DNA of 63,098 nt, the filler included. It is 13 parts of 13 records of this genome, joined end to end, with 100 filler letters (N's around TTAATTAATTAA, not from the genome) between each part and the next. Parts side by side here need not be neighbours in the genome. Positions count along the whole stretch, not along the records: positions 1 to 5,891 come from SRR20825015_238; positions 5,992 to 15,417 come from SRR20825015_243; 11 more parts are not named here. One strand, written 5' to 3'. This document shows positions 1 to 9,731 of the stretch, in pieces (within the stretch, counting starts at the first letter, position 1; the number at the start of each line of letters is the position of its first letter). The notes beneath the pieces are model-generated. The model saw only the letters and a program-made list of their open reading frames with translations. It had not been told where the DNA came from and did no database searches. Position numbers and translations under genes: made by a program.

Positions 1-636
1 GCAGCGGTCGAAGGTGCGGTTGTCTCGAAATTCCGCAATGCCGGTCAGACATGTGTCTGCACCAACAGGATCTACGTTCAAGACAGTGTATATGAGGCCT
101 TTACCGAAAAGCTGACCCATGCCGTTGCCGGACTGAACGTCGGCGACGGCTTTGCCGGGGATGCGGTCATCGGCCCCCTGATCAGCAAAGCCGCGCTGGA
201 CAAGGTTCGCGAGCATATCGGCGACGCCACCCGCCGCGGTGCGCGCGTGACCATCGGGGGCGATTTGCACAGTCTCGGCGGCACGTTCTTTCAGCCAACC
301 GTGCTGCGCGATGTGACCGCTGATATGGCCGTCGCACGTGAAGAAACCTTTGGCCCGCTGGCGCCGGTGTTCCGTTTCTCCACTCTTGATGAGGTGGTCG
401 ACGCAGCGAACCGGACCGAGTTCGGCCTCGCGTCCTATGTTTATAGCCGGGATATTGGCCGCATCTGGCAGATGATGGAACGTCTGGAATGTGGCATGGT
501 TGGCATCAATACCGGCCTGATCTCGCCCGAGGCGGCGCCGTTTGGCGGGATAAAGCAATCCGGGCTTGGTCGAGAAGGATCCCGCCACGGGCTAAGCGAC
601 TACATGGACCTGAAGTACTGCTGCCTCTCGATATAA
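1..636 (+). CDS. gabD: NAD(P)-dependent succinate-semialdehyde dehydrogenase, 5'-truncated
   Basis: Frame open from base 1: SKFRNAGQTCVC (catalytic Cys), EETFGP, APFGGIKQSGLGREGSRHG, typical of GabD-type ALDH. Confidence 0.85.
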   Translation, partial: AAVEGAVVSKFRNAGQTCVCTNRIYVQDSVYEAFTEKLTHAVAGLNVGDGFAGDAVIGPLISKAALDKVREHIGDATRRGARVTIGGDLHSLGGTFFQPTVLRDVTADMAVAREETFGPLAPVFRFSTLDEVVDAANRTEFGLASYVYSRDIGRIWQMMERLECGMVGINTGLISPEAAPFGGIKQSGLGREGSRHGLSDYMDLKYCCLSI

Positions 637-727
637 CGCCCGTCGGGGCGGCGCTGCGAGAGGGTGTCCGGCGCCGACCTATCCGGTTCCAGGGTGCCTG
701 CCCATGAACGTCGTTGCAAATCGGCAC

Positions 728-1144
728 TCAGATCATTGCGCCGTGATAGTCATTCGCAGAAATCTCGGTGCACATCTCTCCCCATTGGCAGTCACCGCAG
801 GCGGATCTGATCTGGCCCAGTGCAAAGGCCTCTCGCAGTTGCATCAGGGATGAGGGGGTCAGTGTCAGCCTTGTGCCGTTCTCAATGTTGATTTTCAGTA
901 TCCAACCCACATCTTCTGCGGCTTTCCGGTCGCGCACCTGAATGCTGCAATCATGACAATGCGGGTTTGTTTCTGATCGCCGGGGGGCGCAGATGTCATC
1001 TGGCCCCTCGACGATTTCGACTGGTTCTCCCGCAGAAAGTCGCCCCGCAATCGCAGTCATATTGTCCGTGAAAGCGGAGCTGTACCCTTTGCCGACATAG
1101 GTCAGGATACAAAGAAGATGGTGCGGGCGCAGGCGTACTGTCAT
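728..1144 (-). CDS. DUF1284 family protein (putative metal/Fe-S binding)
   Basis: RLRPHHLLC..YVGKGYS..F..NM, GPDDICAP, CGDCQW..MC motifs; start overlaps the bioY stop (ATGA). Confidence 0.85.
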   Translation of the reverse strand: MTVRLRPHHLLCILTYVGKGYSSAFTDNMTAIAGRLSAGEPVEIVEGPDDICAPRRSETNPHCHDCSIQVRDRKAAEDVGWILKINIENGTRLTLTPSSLMQLREAFALGQIRSACGDCQWGEMCTEISANDYHGAMI

Positions 1145-1731
1145 TCAGCGGCAGGTTTGGTGTCGCGTGTCAGCAGCTTCAGCGTCATCGCACCGAGGGC
1201 CGATTTGAGCAGGCCGCCAAGGATAAAGGGCACCACACCAAGCATGATCGCCTGTTCCGCGCCGATCAGCATCGCAAGCCATGCCGCCCCCAGAACGAGG
1301 CAGATCGCGTTGCCGATGGCCATGGCCAGAGCCGACAGCCAGACACGTTGGCCGTTCCAGCCGCGTTCCGTCAGCCATCCGACGGTCATGCCCGCAATCG
1401 GGAAGGCAAAAAGATAGCCGCCTGTGGCGCCGAGGAAATGTTGCGCGCCGCCTGCGCCACCCGCCAGCACGGGCAGGCCAATCGCGCCTTCTGCCAGCCA
1501 GGCGACAATTGTAACGCCGCCCAGTCGCCAGCCGTAGAGGGCACCGACAAGCATGACCGCGAAGGTCTGCATGGTCATCGGGACCGGGAACATCGGCACT
1601 TCGACATAGGACGACAGCGTGAGGAAGAAGGTGCCAAACAGGACTGCGGCCAGTTTTCCGGGCAGTGTAAAGTTTTGCACGTCGAGCAATTTGATCGTGT
1701 TGCGGGTGACCGCAGGTGCCGGTGAGTTCAT
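1141..1731 (-). CDS. bioY: Biotin transporter BioY (ECF S component)
   Basis: PVPMTMQTFAV, GAIGLPVLAGG, GATGGYLFAF motifs; hydrophobic 196 aa. Confidence 0.95.
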   Translation of the reverse strand: MNSPAPAVTRNTIKLLDVQNFTLPGKLAAVLFGTFFLTLSSYVEVPMFPVPMTMQTFAVMLVGALYGWRLGGVTIVAWLAEGAIGLPVLAGGAGGAQHFLGATGGYLFAFPIAGMTVGWLTERGWNGQRVWLSALAMAIGNAICLVLGAAWLAMLIGAEQAIMLGVVPFILGGLLKSALGAMTLKLLTRDTKPAAE

Positions 1732-1747
1732 GTGTTGTCCCTTCTGA

Positions 1748-1798
1748 TTATCTATTAAATCCCAAGTCGGAATCTACCGGTAATGAAATTATAGATAA
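1748..1798. promoter_or_regulatory. Two BioR operator boxes upstream of bioY
   Basis: TTATAGATAA at 1789-1798 matches the alphaproteobacterial BioR consensus TTATMKATAA exactly; TTATCTATTA at 1748-1757 has one mismatch. Confidence 0.85.
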
Positions 1799-1818
1799 TT
1801 CGCAAGCGCAGACTGAAA

Positions 1819-2427
1819 TCACCCGCGCGAGAGGTGTCGCCGCAGGATCGTGGCTGCTGTTTTGTCCTCGCGCCGTTCCATGGCCTGCAGGATCGCCACA
1901 TGGTCCTTGTCCGAGGTGCTGCGCCATGTTTCGCGCCATCTTGCGTGGAATCTCTGTGCCGAAAGCCGTTGAAGTTGTTCGATGCGACCCAGCAAAAGCG
2001 GCCTTGCACAGGGCTTCAGGATTTCCAGATGAAACTGGCGGTTGGCCTTCTCCCAGGAAATGGGATCCTTGGCGTCGTCGCAGGCAAGGCGGAAAATCTC
2101 CATTTGCTGCATGTCTTCGGGCGTGAAATTGGCGACTGCCTTGGTCAGGGCCATCGGCTCCAGGGCGAGCCTCATCTCGAGGATGTCGTCCTGATCCGCA
2201 TCAGACAACGAAAAGGCCCGGACGCCGCGTTTGGGGATGAAGGTTGCCAGTTCCATCTGCACAAGACGCTGCAGCGCCTCCCGCACGGGGACGTGGCTGC
2301 AGTTGAAGCGTTCGGCAATATGATCCTGCCCAAGGCGCGCGCCCTGGGCGATGTCGCCACGGATGATTTCCTCAGCGATGATTTCTGCAATGGCTGCGGG
2401 TTTTATGGATGGTTCGGACATGGTCAT
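1819..2427 (-). CDS. bioR: GntR/FCD-family biotin repressor BioR
   Basis: GntR wHTH (QDHIAERFNCSHVPVREAL) plus FCD (NRQFH, DHVAIL); immediately upstream of bioY with BioR boxes in between. Confidence 0.8.
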   Translation of the reverse strand: MTMSEPSIKPAAIAEIIAEEIIRGDIAQGARLGQDHIAERFNCSHVPVREALQRLVQMELATFIPKRGVRAFSLSDADQDDILEMRLALEPMALTKAVANFTPEDMQQMEIFRLACDDAKDPISWEKANRQFHLEILKPCARPLLLGRIEQLQRLSAQRFHARWRETWRSTSDKDHVAILQAMERREDKTAATILRRHLSRG

Positions 2428-2530
2428 GATCTATCGCGAAGCTGACCACGCGAACAGATCGTTTTTTCTGGACGATACCGGTCAGATGTTGTGTCGGCGG
2501 ACGTGATGAATTCACGCGCGTGTTTACCAA

Positions 2531-3238
2531 TCAGCTGGTCGTCGTGCTGATGATCCTGTGGCCGGGCTGGTAAGAGATGGTGACAAAGGTCACCGGCCCC
2601 TTGTCGCGCCATGTGGCGCGTTCGACGTGCAGGATCGACGCCTTGTCCGGTACAGCGAGATATTCCTGCTCGAACGCCGAGGCCGGTGTCGCCAGAATCG
2701 ACAGGGTCGCGCGGTTGTAGGGGACGTTTTCCAGCAGCCATTCGTTCGCTGATTTCTGGGCAAAGTCGTAATCGCGCGCCTGCGGGACGGTGCGCAGGCA
2801 GATCCAGCGGTCTTCCAGCGCATAAGGAACGCCGTCGGCAAGGTGCACCGCCCTGACGTGCAGCATCTCTTCGCCCTGGGCCAGCTCCATGGCAAAGGTG
2901 ACGGCATGGGGCGGGGTGTCCACGGTCCGGTCGATCAGCGCATAGCCATAGCTGGCCCCGCGCTCCTCGATCTCGCGGCGCACGATCTGAACGGCGATCA
3001 CCGCGCGCGACACCGGATGCAGGGCGACGCGGGTGCCGGATTTGCGTTTGCGTTCCAGTATTCCGCTTTCGGCCAGTTCGCGCAGGGCGCGGTTCACCGT
3101 GGTGCGGCCGCAATTGAACTCTTTGGCCAGGTCGGTTTCGTTGGGAATCTGCGCGCCGGGTTTCCAGATGCGGTTATGAATGCGGCGCAGAACCTCGTCC
3201 TGAACGCTTTGCCAAGAGTTTATATCCGGTGTGCTCAT
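2531..3238 (-). CDS. hutC: HutC-like GntR/UTRA transcriptional regulator
   Basis: WKPGAQIPNETDLAKEFNCGRTTVNRAL, ERKRKSGTRVA, C-terminal UTRA domain (EDRWI, ANEWLL); start taken at MSTPD. Confidence 0.8.
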   Translation of the reverse strand: MSTPDINSWQSVQDEVLRRIHNRIWKPGAQIPNETDLAKEFNCGRTTVNRALRELAESGILERKRKSGTRVALHPVSRAVIAVQIVRREIEERGASYGYALIDRTVDTPPHAVTFAMELAQGEEMLHVRAVHLADGVPYALEDRWICLRTVPQARDYDFAQKSANEWLLENVPYNRATLSILATPASAFEQEYLAVPDKASILHVERATWRDKGPVTFVTISYQPGHRIISTTTS

Positions 3239-3368
3239 CGGCCTGCTTTCCGTTTTGTTGCGGCGCTGGTTCAAGGTGCCAGCTTTTTCATCTGCCAAAG
3301 GGCGGGATCGTTGGTCCGTAAGGATTTTTGCATTTTACCCTCTTGACTAGCAATCCTGATTATTTTCT

Positions 3369-3384
3369 TTATGTCTGCACATAA
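3369..3384. promoter_or_regulatory. Putative HutC-type operator
   Basis: Inverted repeat TTATGT-CTGC-ACATAA in the divergent promoter; resembles the HutC box TGTATATACA. Confidence 0.65.
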
Positions 3385-3434
3385 CGAGAATTTGTGCAAC
3401 GCCCAAGACGGCTTGAACCCAAAAGGCCCGCAGA

Positions 3435-4523
3435 ATGATCAACCGGCATATTCTTGAGCTGCCCGCCTATAACGCCGGCCTGCCCATCGCGCGATTTCGC
3501 AGCCTGTACGGACACGCGCCCCGCGCCAAACTGGACAGCAACGAGACCCCATTTGGCGTGTCGCCGCGCGCACTCACCGCTGGACAGGCGGCGGTGGCGC
3601 AGGCGCATCTTTATCCCGACGGGAACGGCACCGGGCTGCGCGATGCACTGGCCGAGGCGACTGGGGTCGAGGCCGGTTGCATCGTGCTGGGCAATGGCTC
3701 CGAAGAGTTGATCTATGCCTTGTACGGCGCGGTTCTGGGGACGGGTGATCATGTGCTGACGGTTGCGCCGGGCTTTGGGCTGCACACGCTGGCCGCGCAG
3801 GGGCTGAGAATACCGGTTGAAACCGTGCGTTACCGTGCCGACTGGACCCTGCCGATGGCGGAGTTGAAGGCGGCGCTGGCGCGCAAGCCCAAGGTGTTTG
3901 CGATCTCCAGCCCGTCGAACCCGCTGGGCGTGGCGCTGACACTCGACGAATTACACGAGCTTCTGGCCGCCACGCACAATGAAACGCTGGTGCTGCTGGA
4001 TGAAGCCTATTTTGAATACAACCCGATCGACAGCCTGTCCGCGCTGAAGTCCAGCGGTCTGAACTGGATCAGCTTGCGGACGTTTTCAAAGGCCTATGGG
4101 CTGGCGGGAATGCGCGTGGGCTATGGTCTGTGCAGCAGCGCCATGTTGCGCGATGCCGTGCGCAAGCTGACGCCGCCTTTCAACGCCAATGCCGTGGCGC
4201 AGGCGATGGGGCAGGCGGCGTTCGAGGACCGCGCTTTTCTGGCGGAAACTGTGCAAAAAACCATCGCCGCCCGCGATGCGTTGGCGCAAGCCCTGCGCGA
4301 CATGGGATTTCGCTTGCCGCCGTCCAGGAGCAATGCGATCTTCTTCGAGACTTCAGAGCATGCCGTTGATGTTGCAGAAAAATTGCGCGGCGAAGGTGTT
4401 CTGGTCAAAGCCTGGCTTGAGGACGGATTTGACAGATTTTTACGGGTGTCCGTGGGCACGCCGCAAGACAATAAGGCGTTCATCGAAGCGCTGACAAAGC
4501 TCGGAGTTCAACCGGCTGCCTGA
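3435..4523 (+). CDS. HisC-like class I/II PLP aminotransferase (histidinol-phosphate/aromatic amino acid type)
   Basis: KLDSNETPFG, LYPDG, GNGSEELI, SNPLG, LDEAYFEY, RTFSKAYGLAGMRVGY (PLP Lys). Confidence 0.9.
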   Translation: MINRHILELPAYNAGLPIARFRSLYGHAPRAKLDSNETPFGVSPRALTAGQAAVAQAHLYPDGNGTGLRDALAEATGVEAGCIVLGNGSEELIYALYGAVLGTGDHVLTVAPGFGLHTLAAQGLRIPVETVRYRADWTLPMAELKAALARKPKVFAISSPSNPLGVALTLDELHELLAATHNETLVLLDEAYFEYNPIDSLSALKSSGLNWISLRTFSKAYGLAGMRVGYGLCSSAMLRDAVRKLTPPFNANAVAQAMGQAAFEDRAFLAETVQKTIAARDALAQALRDMGFRLPPSRSNAIFFETSEHAVDVAEKLRGEGVLVKAWLEDGFDRFLRVSVGTPQDNKAFIEALTKLGVQPAA

Positions 4524-4571
4524 TGTGGGCCGCGCGGGTGTGCGGCCTTTCATGAAACTTGAAAACAGAGA

Positions 4572-5399
4572 GTGAAAACCATGAATATGTATTCCTTCAA
4601 AGGCGCGGTTCTGGGGCTGGGCCTGGCCGTGTTTGCAGCCGGTTCGGCTGCCGCTGACATGCTGGCCGACATCAAGGCCTCGGGCGAGATGACCTTTGGC
4701 ACCGAGATGCACTATGCGCCCTTCGATCTGCTGGTGAACGGCCAGTATGAAGGTCTGTGCAAGGATCTGATGGACGAGGTGACCAAGGATCTAGGCGTCA
4801 CACCGAAATACAACGACCTGCCCTGGACATCGGTTCTGCCCGGTCTGGAAGCAGGCAAGTTCCAGATGGTCAACGCACCGGTCACCATCACCGCCGAGCG
4901 CATGGAACGCTACTCCTTTACGCTGCCGATTGCCGACGCGTCGGTGGGCCTGATCAAACGCACAGGCGACGACCGTATCACCAAGCCCGAGGATATCGCC
5001 GGTTTGGTGGTTGGTTCGCAAAAAGGGTCGGCGCAGCTTGAGCAGTTGAAAGTCTTTGGCGAGGGCGTGGGCGGTATCGACGTGCGCGAATATTCGTCGG
5101 TGGATGAGGCTTATGCAGACCTGGCAGCCGGTCGTCTGGATGCGGTTGCGGGATCGTTCCCGCTGTTGGGGTATGCCGCGTCGAAGCGTCCCGAGATTTT
5201 CGAGACCGTCACACCGGTGTTCGGCGAGAAGAAATATTTCGCATGGGTCGCCGTGAAGTCGGAAGAAACCGAAAGCATGATCGCCGCCGTGAACGAGATT
5301 CTGTTGAAGATGCAGGACGACGGTCGCATGGCGAAGCTGCATGAAAAATGGTTGGGCACGGCCGTGGAACTGCCGCGCGAGATGCCTGCGGTCAAGTAA
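4572..5399 (+). CDS. Polar amino-acid ABC transporter substrate-binding protein
   Basis: Signal peptide; SBP_bac_3 motifs (YAPF, PWTSVLPGLEAGKF, ITAERMERYSF, DLAAGRLDA). Confidence 0.92.
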   Translation: MKTMNMYSFKGAVLGLGLAVFAAGSAAADMLADIKASGEMTFGTEMHYAPFDLLVNGQYEGLCKDLMDEVTKDLGVTPKYNDLPWTSVLPGLEAGKFQMVNAPVTITAERMERYSFTLPIADASVGLIKRTGDDRITKPEDIAGLVVGSQKGSAQLEQLKVFGEGVGGIDVREYSSVDEAYADLAAGRLDAVAGSFPLLGYAASKRPEIFETVTPVFGEKKYFAWVAVKSEETESMIAAVNEILLKMQDDGRMAKLHEKWLGTAVELPREMPAVK

Positions 5400-5459
5400 C
5401 TTCGCAACGGGTCCGGCCAATGGTTGGACCCGTTTTTGCTGATGTCAAAGGAGCGCGCG

Positions 5460-5891
5460 ATGTTCTCTTGGTCCACCATTGTCGAAAATCTGCCTTATCT
5501 GTTGCAGGCCACGCGTTTTACGCTGCTGGTGTCGGGGCTGGGCATGGCCTTGGGTCTGGTGATGGGCATGGTGCTGTGTGTGGCGCGGCTGTCGCCCATG
5601 GTCTGGATCAGCCGCATTGCTGCCCTTTACGTCAGCTTTTTTCGCGGCGTTCCGTTGCTGGTGCAGCTTTTGCTGGCCTACTACTTTCTGCCGTCTATCG
5701 GCATCGACATTCCACCGCTGTGGGCGGCTGTGTGCAGCATCGGGCTGTGTGCGGCGGCCTATATCGCGGAAATCCTGCGTGGGGCGCTGATCGCTGTGCC
5801 GCACGGACAGGCCGAAGCGGCGGCGGCGCTGGGCGTGCACCCCTTTACCATCTGGAAGCGCATCCTGATCCCGCAGGCCCTGAAAATCTCG
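5460..5891 (+). CDS. Amino-acid ABC transporter permease, 3'-truncated
   Basis: YVSFFRGVPLLVQL and EAA loop AYIAEILRGAL..VPHGQAEAA. Confidence 0.92.
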
Positions 5892-5991
5892 NNNNNNNNN
5901 NNNNNNNNNNNNNNNNNNNNNNNNNNNNNNNNNNNTTAATTAATTAANNNNNNNNNNNNNNNNNNNNNNNNNNNNNNNNNNNNNNNNNNNN
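5892..5991. other. Artificial contig-joining spacer (N44-TTAATTAATTAA-N44), first of 12
   Basis: The same 100-nt spacer with six-frame stops recurs at 5892-5991, 15418-15517, 22550-22649, 26086-26185, 29711-29810, 32633-32732, 35795-35894, 40258-40357, 44011-44110, 47816-47915, 50273-50372, 60095-60194. Genes are truncated and composition changes at the spacers. Confidence 0.99.
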
Positions 5992-6479
5992 GCATCGGCG
6001 ACACGCTGACCGAGGGCGAGGAGCTGCTGTTTCGGGGCGTGCCCAATTTCGCGCCGGAAATTCTCCGTCGCGTCCGGCTTGGCGATGCCATGAAGGCCAA
6101 GAAGCTCCGGGAGGCCCTTCAGCAGATGGCCGAAGAGGGCGTGGTTCAGCTCTTCACACCGGAAGACGGGTCGCCCGCCATTGTCGGCGTGGTCGGAGCG
6201 TTGCAGCTTGATGTGCTCAGGGAGCGGCTCAAGGTCGAATATTCACTTCCGGTGGATTTCGAGATGGCTCGCTTCAGCGTGTGTCGCTGGATTTCGTCCG
6301 ATGAGCCAGGCGAAGTGGATCGATTCATAGCCAGTCATCGCGGCGACATTGCGCGCGATCTGGACGACGATCCGGTGTTTCTTGCGCCGCACGAGTTCGG
6401 TCTGAACTACGAGGCCGACCGCTGGAAGGCCGTACGCTTTGCCACGGTGAAGGACTACCAGACACGCAAGGCGGCCTGA
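5992..6479 (+). CDS. prfC: Peptide chain release factor 3, 5'-truncated
   Basis: IGDTLTEGE..F.GVPNFAPEILRRV, EEGVVQLF, GVVGALQLDVL: RF3 C-terminal domain. Confidence 0.95.
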
Positions 6480-6667
6480 GTGGACAGGTTTATCTCGCGG
6501 CTCTCCTGATAGAGGTATTTTCCTCATTCTGTCGCTTTTTGGGTATGAAATTCCAAGCGCGAATAGAGAATAGCGCCTAGATGAGGTTCATCTAGGCGTG
6601 TGCGGGTTGCTATCCTGCAGCGTCAGGAACACCAATCGCGTTTCATCTCATCCAGGAGGAGAGAACG

Positions 6668-7327
<660 letters not shown>

Positions 7328-7454
7328 TCCGTTCGCAGGAGAGGTATCGAGAACATCGGCGCCGGAAGCATTGTTGCTTCCGGGGCTCTTCATATGCGCG
7401 CCAGGCCCGGCCTTGTCTTCAAATCGACACGCTGTCACGGTCTCATGATTCCAT

Positions 7455-7829
7455 ATGAAACCGTTTCAGGAGTCCGCCATGCCTCGTCCCGCCCTGTCAC
7501 TGATCGCCCTCCTCGCAATCGGTTCCCCGACTTATGCGGCAACGCTTGAGATCGATCTGCCCGATGCGGAAACCGTGGAGACCGTCGCGGTAACCTATGC
7601 GTGCCCGGACGGCGATATCGACGCGACTTATTATAATGCTGAAGACAATTCGCTTGCGGTGGTCACGATCGACGGCAGCCCGGTGGTGATGAGCAGCGTT
7701 CTTGCCGCCTCGGGTGTCAAATATGCCGGTGGCCCCTATGTCTGGTGGACCAAGGGTGACGATGCCGATCTCTACGATCTGATGAAGGGCGAGGACTCGG
7801 AGCCGGTGTCCTGCACCGCAAAGAACTGA
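7455..7829 (+). CDS. MliC/PliC-family lysozyme inhibitor
   Basis: Signal peptide, Y.C, SSVLAASGVKY, YVWWTKGDDA.L and terminal Cys. True start may be the ATG at 7479. Confidence 0.88.
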   Translation: MKPFQESAMPRPALSLIALLAIGSPTYAATLEIDLPDAETVETVAVTYACPDGDIDATYYNAEDNSLAVVTIDGSPVVMSSVLAASGVKYAGGPYVWWTKGDDADLYDLMKGEDSEPVSCTAKN

Positions 7830-7850
7830 CCTGACCGGCGTTAAAAAGTA

Positions 7851-7901
7851 AACCATTAGGTTGACTATCTGCTTTGCAGCTGATAGATAAACCACATGGT
7901 T
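7851..7901 (+). promoter_or_regulatory. sigma70 promoter with two ArsR-type operators; probable leaderless start
   Basis: AACC-ATTA-GGTT (7851-7862) and AACC-ACAT-GGTT (7890-7901, over the ATG); TTGACT at 7861-7866, 17 nt, TAGATA at 7884-7889. Confidence 0.7.
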
Positions 7902-8249
7902 GAATATCAGTCACCCCATCTCGATGCCGTTTTCCACGCCCTGTCGGACCCGACCAGGCGGGCCATGCTGCACCGTCTTTCCGGCGGTGAGCAAAGTGTC
8001 TCGCAACTGGCGCAGCCCTTCGACATGTCGCTGGCCGGCGCCTCCAAACATGTGAAGGTTCTGGAAGGGGCGGGCCTCGTCAGCCGGCGCGTGGACGGCC
8101 GCACCCATTATTGCCGGCTGGAGGCAGCGCGGCTTGCCGAAGCACAGGCGTGGTTCCGCTACTACGAACGCTTCTGGTCCAACCGGCTCGACAAGCTGCA
8201 GGCGATCCTGGAAGCGGAGGATCGGGAGAGTTCCGCCGGAAGAGACTGA
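7896..8249 (+). CDS. ArsR/SmtB-family regulator (SRPBCC-associated)
   Basis: LDAVFHALSDPTRRAML, SKHVKVLEGAGLV, YERFW. Confidence 0.93.
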   Translation: MVEYQSPHLDAVFHALSDPTRRAMLHRLSGGEQSVSQLAQPFDMSLAGASKHVKVLEGAGLVSRRVDGRTHYCRLEAARLAEAQAWFRYYERFWSNRLDKLQAILEAEDRESSAGRD

Positions 8250-8288
8250 CGTCCCGCCCCCTCAGCCACCTCAACCTTTGAGAGGAAG

Positions 8289-8840
8289 ATGATGAGACAG
8301 ATCGAGGAAAGTGATTATGGCGTCGCCACGGCACCCAATGAGGTGCGCTTCGAGAGATCTCTCCCGGGCCCTGTCGAACGCGTTTGGGCCTATCTGACCG
8401 AGGCGGACAAGCGCCGGCAATGGCTGGCGGGCGGAGAGATGGAGCCGCGTGCAGGCGGTTCCGCAAAACTCCTGTTCCGCCATTCCGAATTCACCGACGA
8501 GGACCCGCCCGAGGCCTATAGGGAGATGAATGAGAAGGGATTTCTCTCCGAGGGGCGGATCATTGCCTGGGATCCACCGCGGCATCTGGCCATGACCTGG
8601 CCGGGAGACGGTGCCGATAGCCAGGTAGAGTTCGAGCTCTTTCCCGAGGGCGACAGGGTTCTCCTTGTCGTGACCCACAAACGCCTCGCCGACCGGGGCG
8701 AGATGATCAATGTCTCCGGTGGCTGGCATGCCCATCTCACTGTTCTGCAAGCGGTGCTCGCAGGTGAGAAGACGCCGCCATTCTGGTCGCAGATCAAGGC
8801 GCTGGAAGCCGCATACACCGCACGCTTCAACGAACGGTGA
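8289..8840 (+). CDS. SRPBCC (AHSA1/CalC-like) ligand-binding protein
   Basis: VRFERSLPGPVERVWAYLT, WDPPRHLAMTW, GGWHAHL. Confidence 0.9.
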   Translation: MMRQIEESDYGVATAPNEVRFERSLPGPVERVWAYLTEADKRRQWLAGGEMEPRAGGSAKLLFRHSEFTDEDPPEAYREMNEKGFLSEGRIIAWDPPRHLAMTWPGDGADSQVEFELFPEGDRVLLVVTHKRLADRGEMINVSGGWHAHLTVLQAVLAGEKTPPFWSQIKALEAAYTARFNER

Positions 8841-8874
8841 GACCCCTTTCGCTATTGGCACCAAGGAGCATGAC

Positions 8875-9285
8875 ATGAACGTTTCCGCTACGCCGCCCAA
8901 GGCTGGCGCCCAGCCCGACACAGCACCGAAGCTCGCCGGCGGGCGCAATATCGCGATGAAGGTGCCACCGCATCAGTATGACGAGACGGTACGCTTCTAC
9001 CGGGACGTACTCGGCATGGAGCAGATCGAGGAGCTTCTGCCCGCTGTCGGCTTCCGCTTCGGAGCCAACCAGCTCTGGATCGACAAGACCCCTGGCATGA
9101 GCCAGTCGGAACTCTGGCTGGAAATCGTGACTGACGACACCAAGGCCGCCGCCGCTCGGCTGGAAGCGGCAGGCATCGCGCGCTGTGACGAAATTGAACC
9201 GCTGGGCGAAAATTTCGACGGGTTCTGGATATCGAGCCCCGCCCAGATCATCCATCTGGTCGACCATAAATCCGGCGCCTGGTGA
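8875..9285 (+). CDS. VOC/glyoxalase-superfamily protein
   Basis: GRNIAMKVP, TVRFYRDVLG, GFWISSPAQIIHLV; AAGGAG SD before the ATG at 8875. Confidence 0.8.
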   Translation: MNVSATPPKAGAQPDTAPKLAGGRNIAMKVPPHQYDETVRFYRDVLGMEQIEELLPAVGFRFGANQLWIDKTPGMSQSELWLEIVTDDTKAAAARLEAAGIARCDEIEPLGENFDGFWISSPAQIIHLVDHKSGAW

Positions 9286-9292
9286 AGACGAT

Positions 9293-9685
9293 ATGTTGAA
9301 AATAGCTCTGATGAGCATCCTTGTGGACGACCAGGAGAAGGCAGAGGCATTTTACACGGATGTACTGGGCTTCCGGAAGAAGCAGGACTTTCCAGCCGGC
9401 GGCGCCCGCTGGCTGACGGTGGTTACACCGGGAACCGAGAACGGCACCGAGTTGCTTCTGGAACCCATGGGATACGACTTCGCGCGCACCTACCAGAAGG
9501 CGCTTTATGATGCCGGCATACCCTGTACGACTTTTGCCTGCGAGGACGTGCAGGCAGAGTATGAGCGGCTGAAAGCGCGCGGCGTGGTGTTTCGCGCAGA
9601 GCCGACCCGGATGGAGGGGATGCCCACCATCGCCGTGTTTGAGGATACGTGCGGCAACCTCGTTCAGATGTTCGAGGCATCTTGA
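9293..9685 (+). CDS. VOC/glyoxalase-bleomycin resistance family protein
   Basis: SILVDDQEKAEAFYTDVLGF, RWLTV, VFEDTCGNLVQ. Confidence 0.92.
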   Translation: MLKIALMSILVDDQEKAEAFYTDVLGFRKKQDFPAGGARWLTVVTPGTENGTELLLEPMGYDFARTYQKALYDAGIPCTTFACEDVQAEYERLKARGVVFRAEPTRMEGMPTIAVFEDTCGNLVQMFEAS

Positions 9686-9691
9686 GAAGAA

Positions 9692-9716
9692 AGGGCGGAC
9701 ACAAGGCGTCCGCCCT
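9692..9716. terminator. Hairpin between convergent genes (probable intrinsic terminator)
   Basis: AGGGCGGAC-N7-GTCCGCCCT with an A-rich 5' flank (U-tract on the minus strand, after pirin). Confidence 0.7.
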
Positions 9717-9731
9717 CCATTCAGTCTGACG

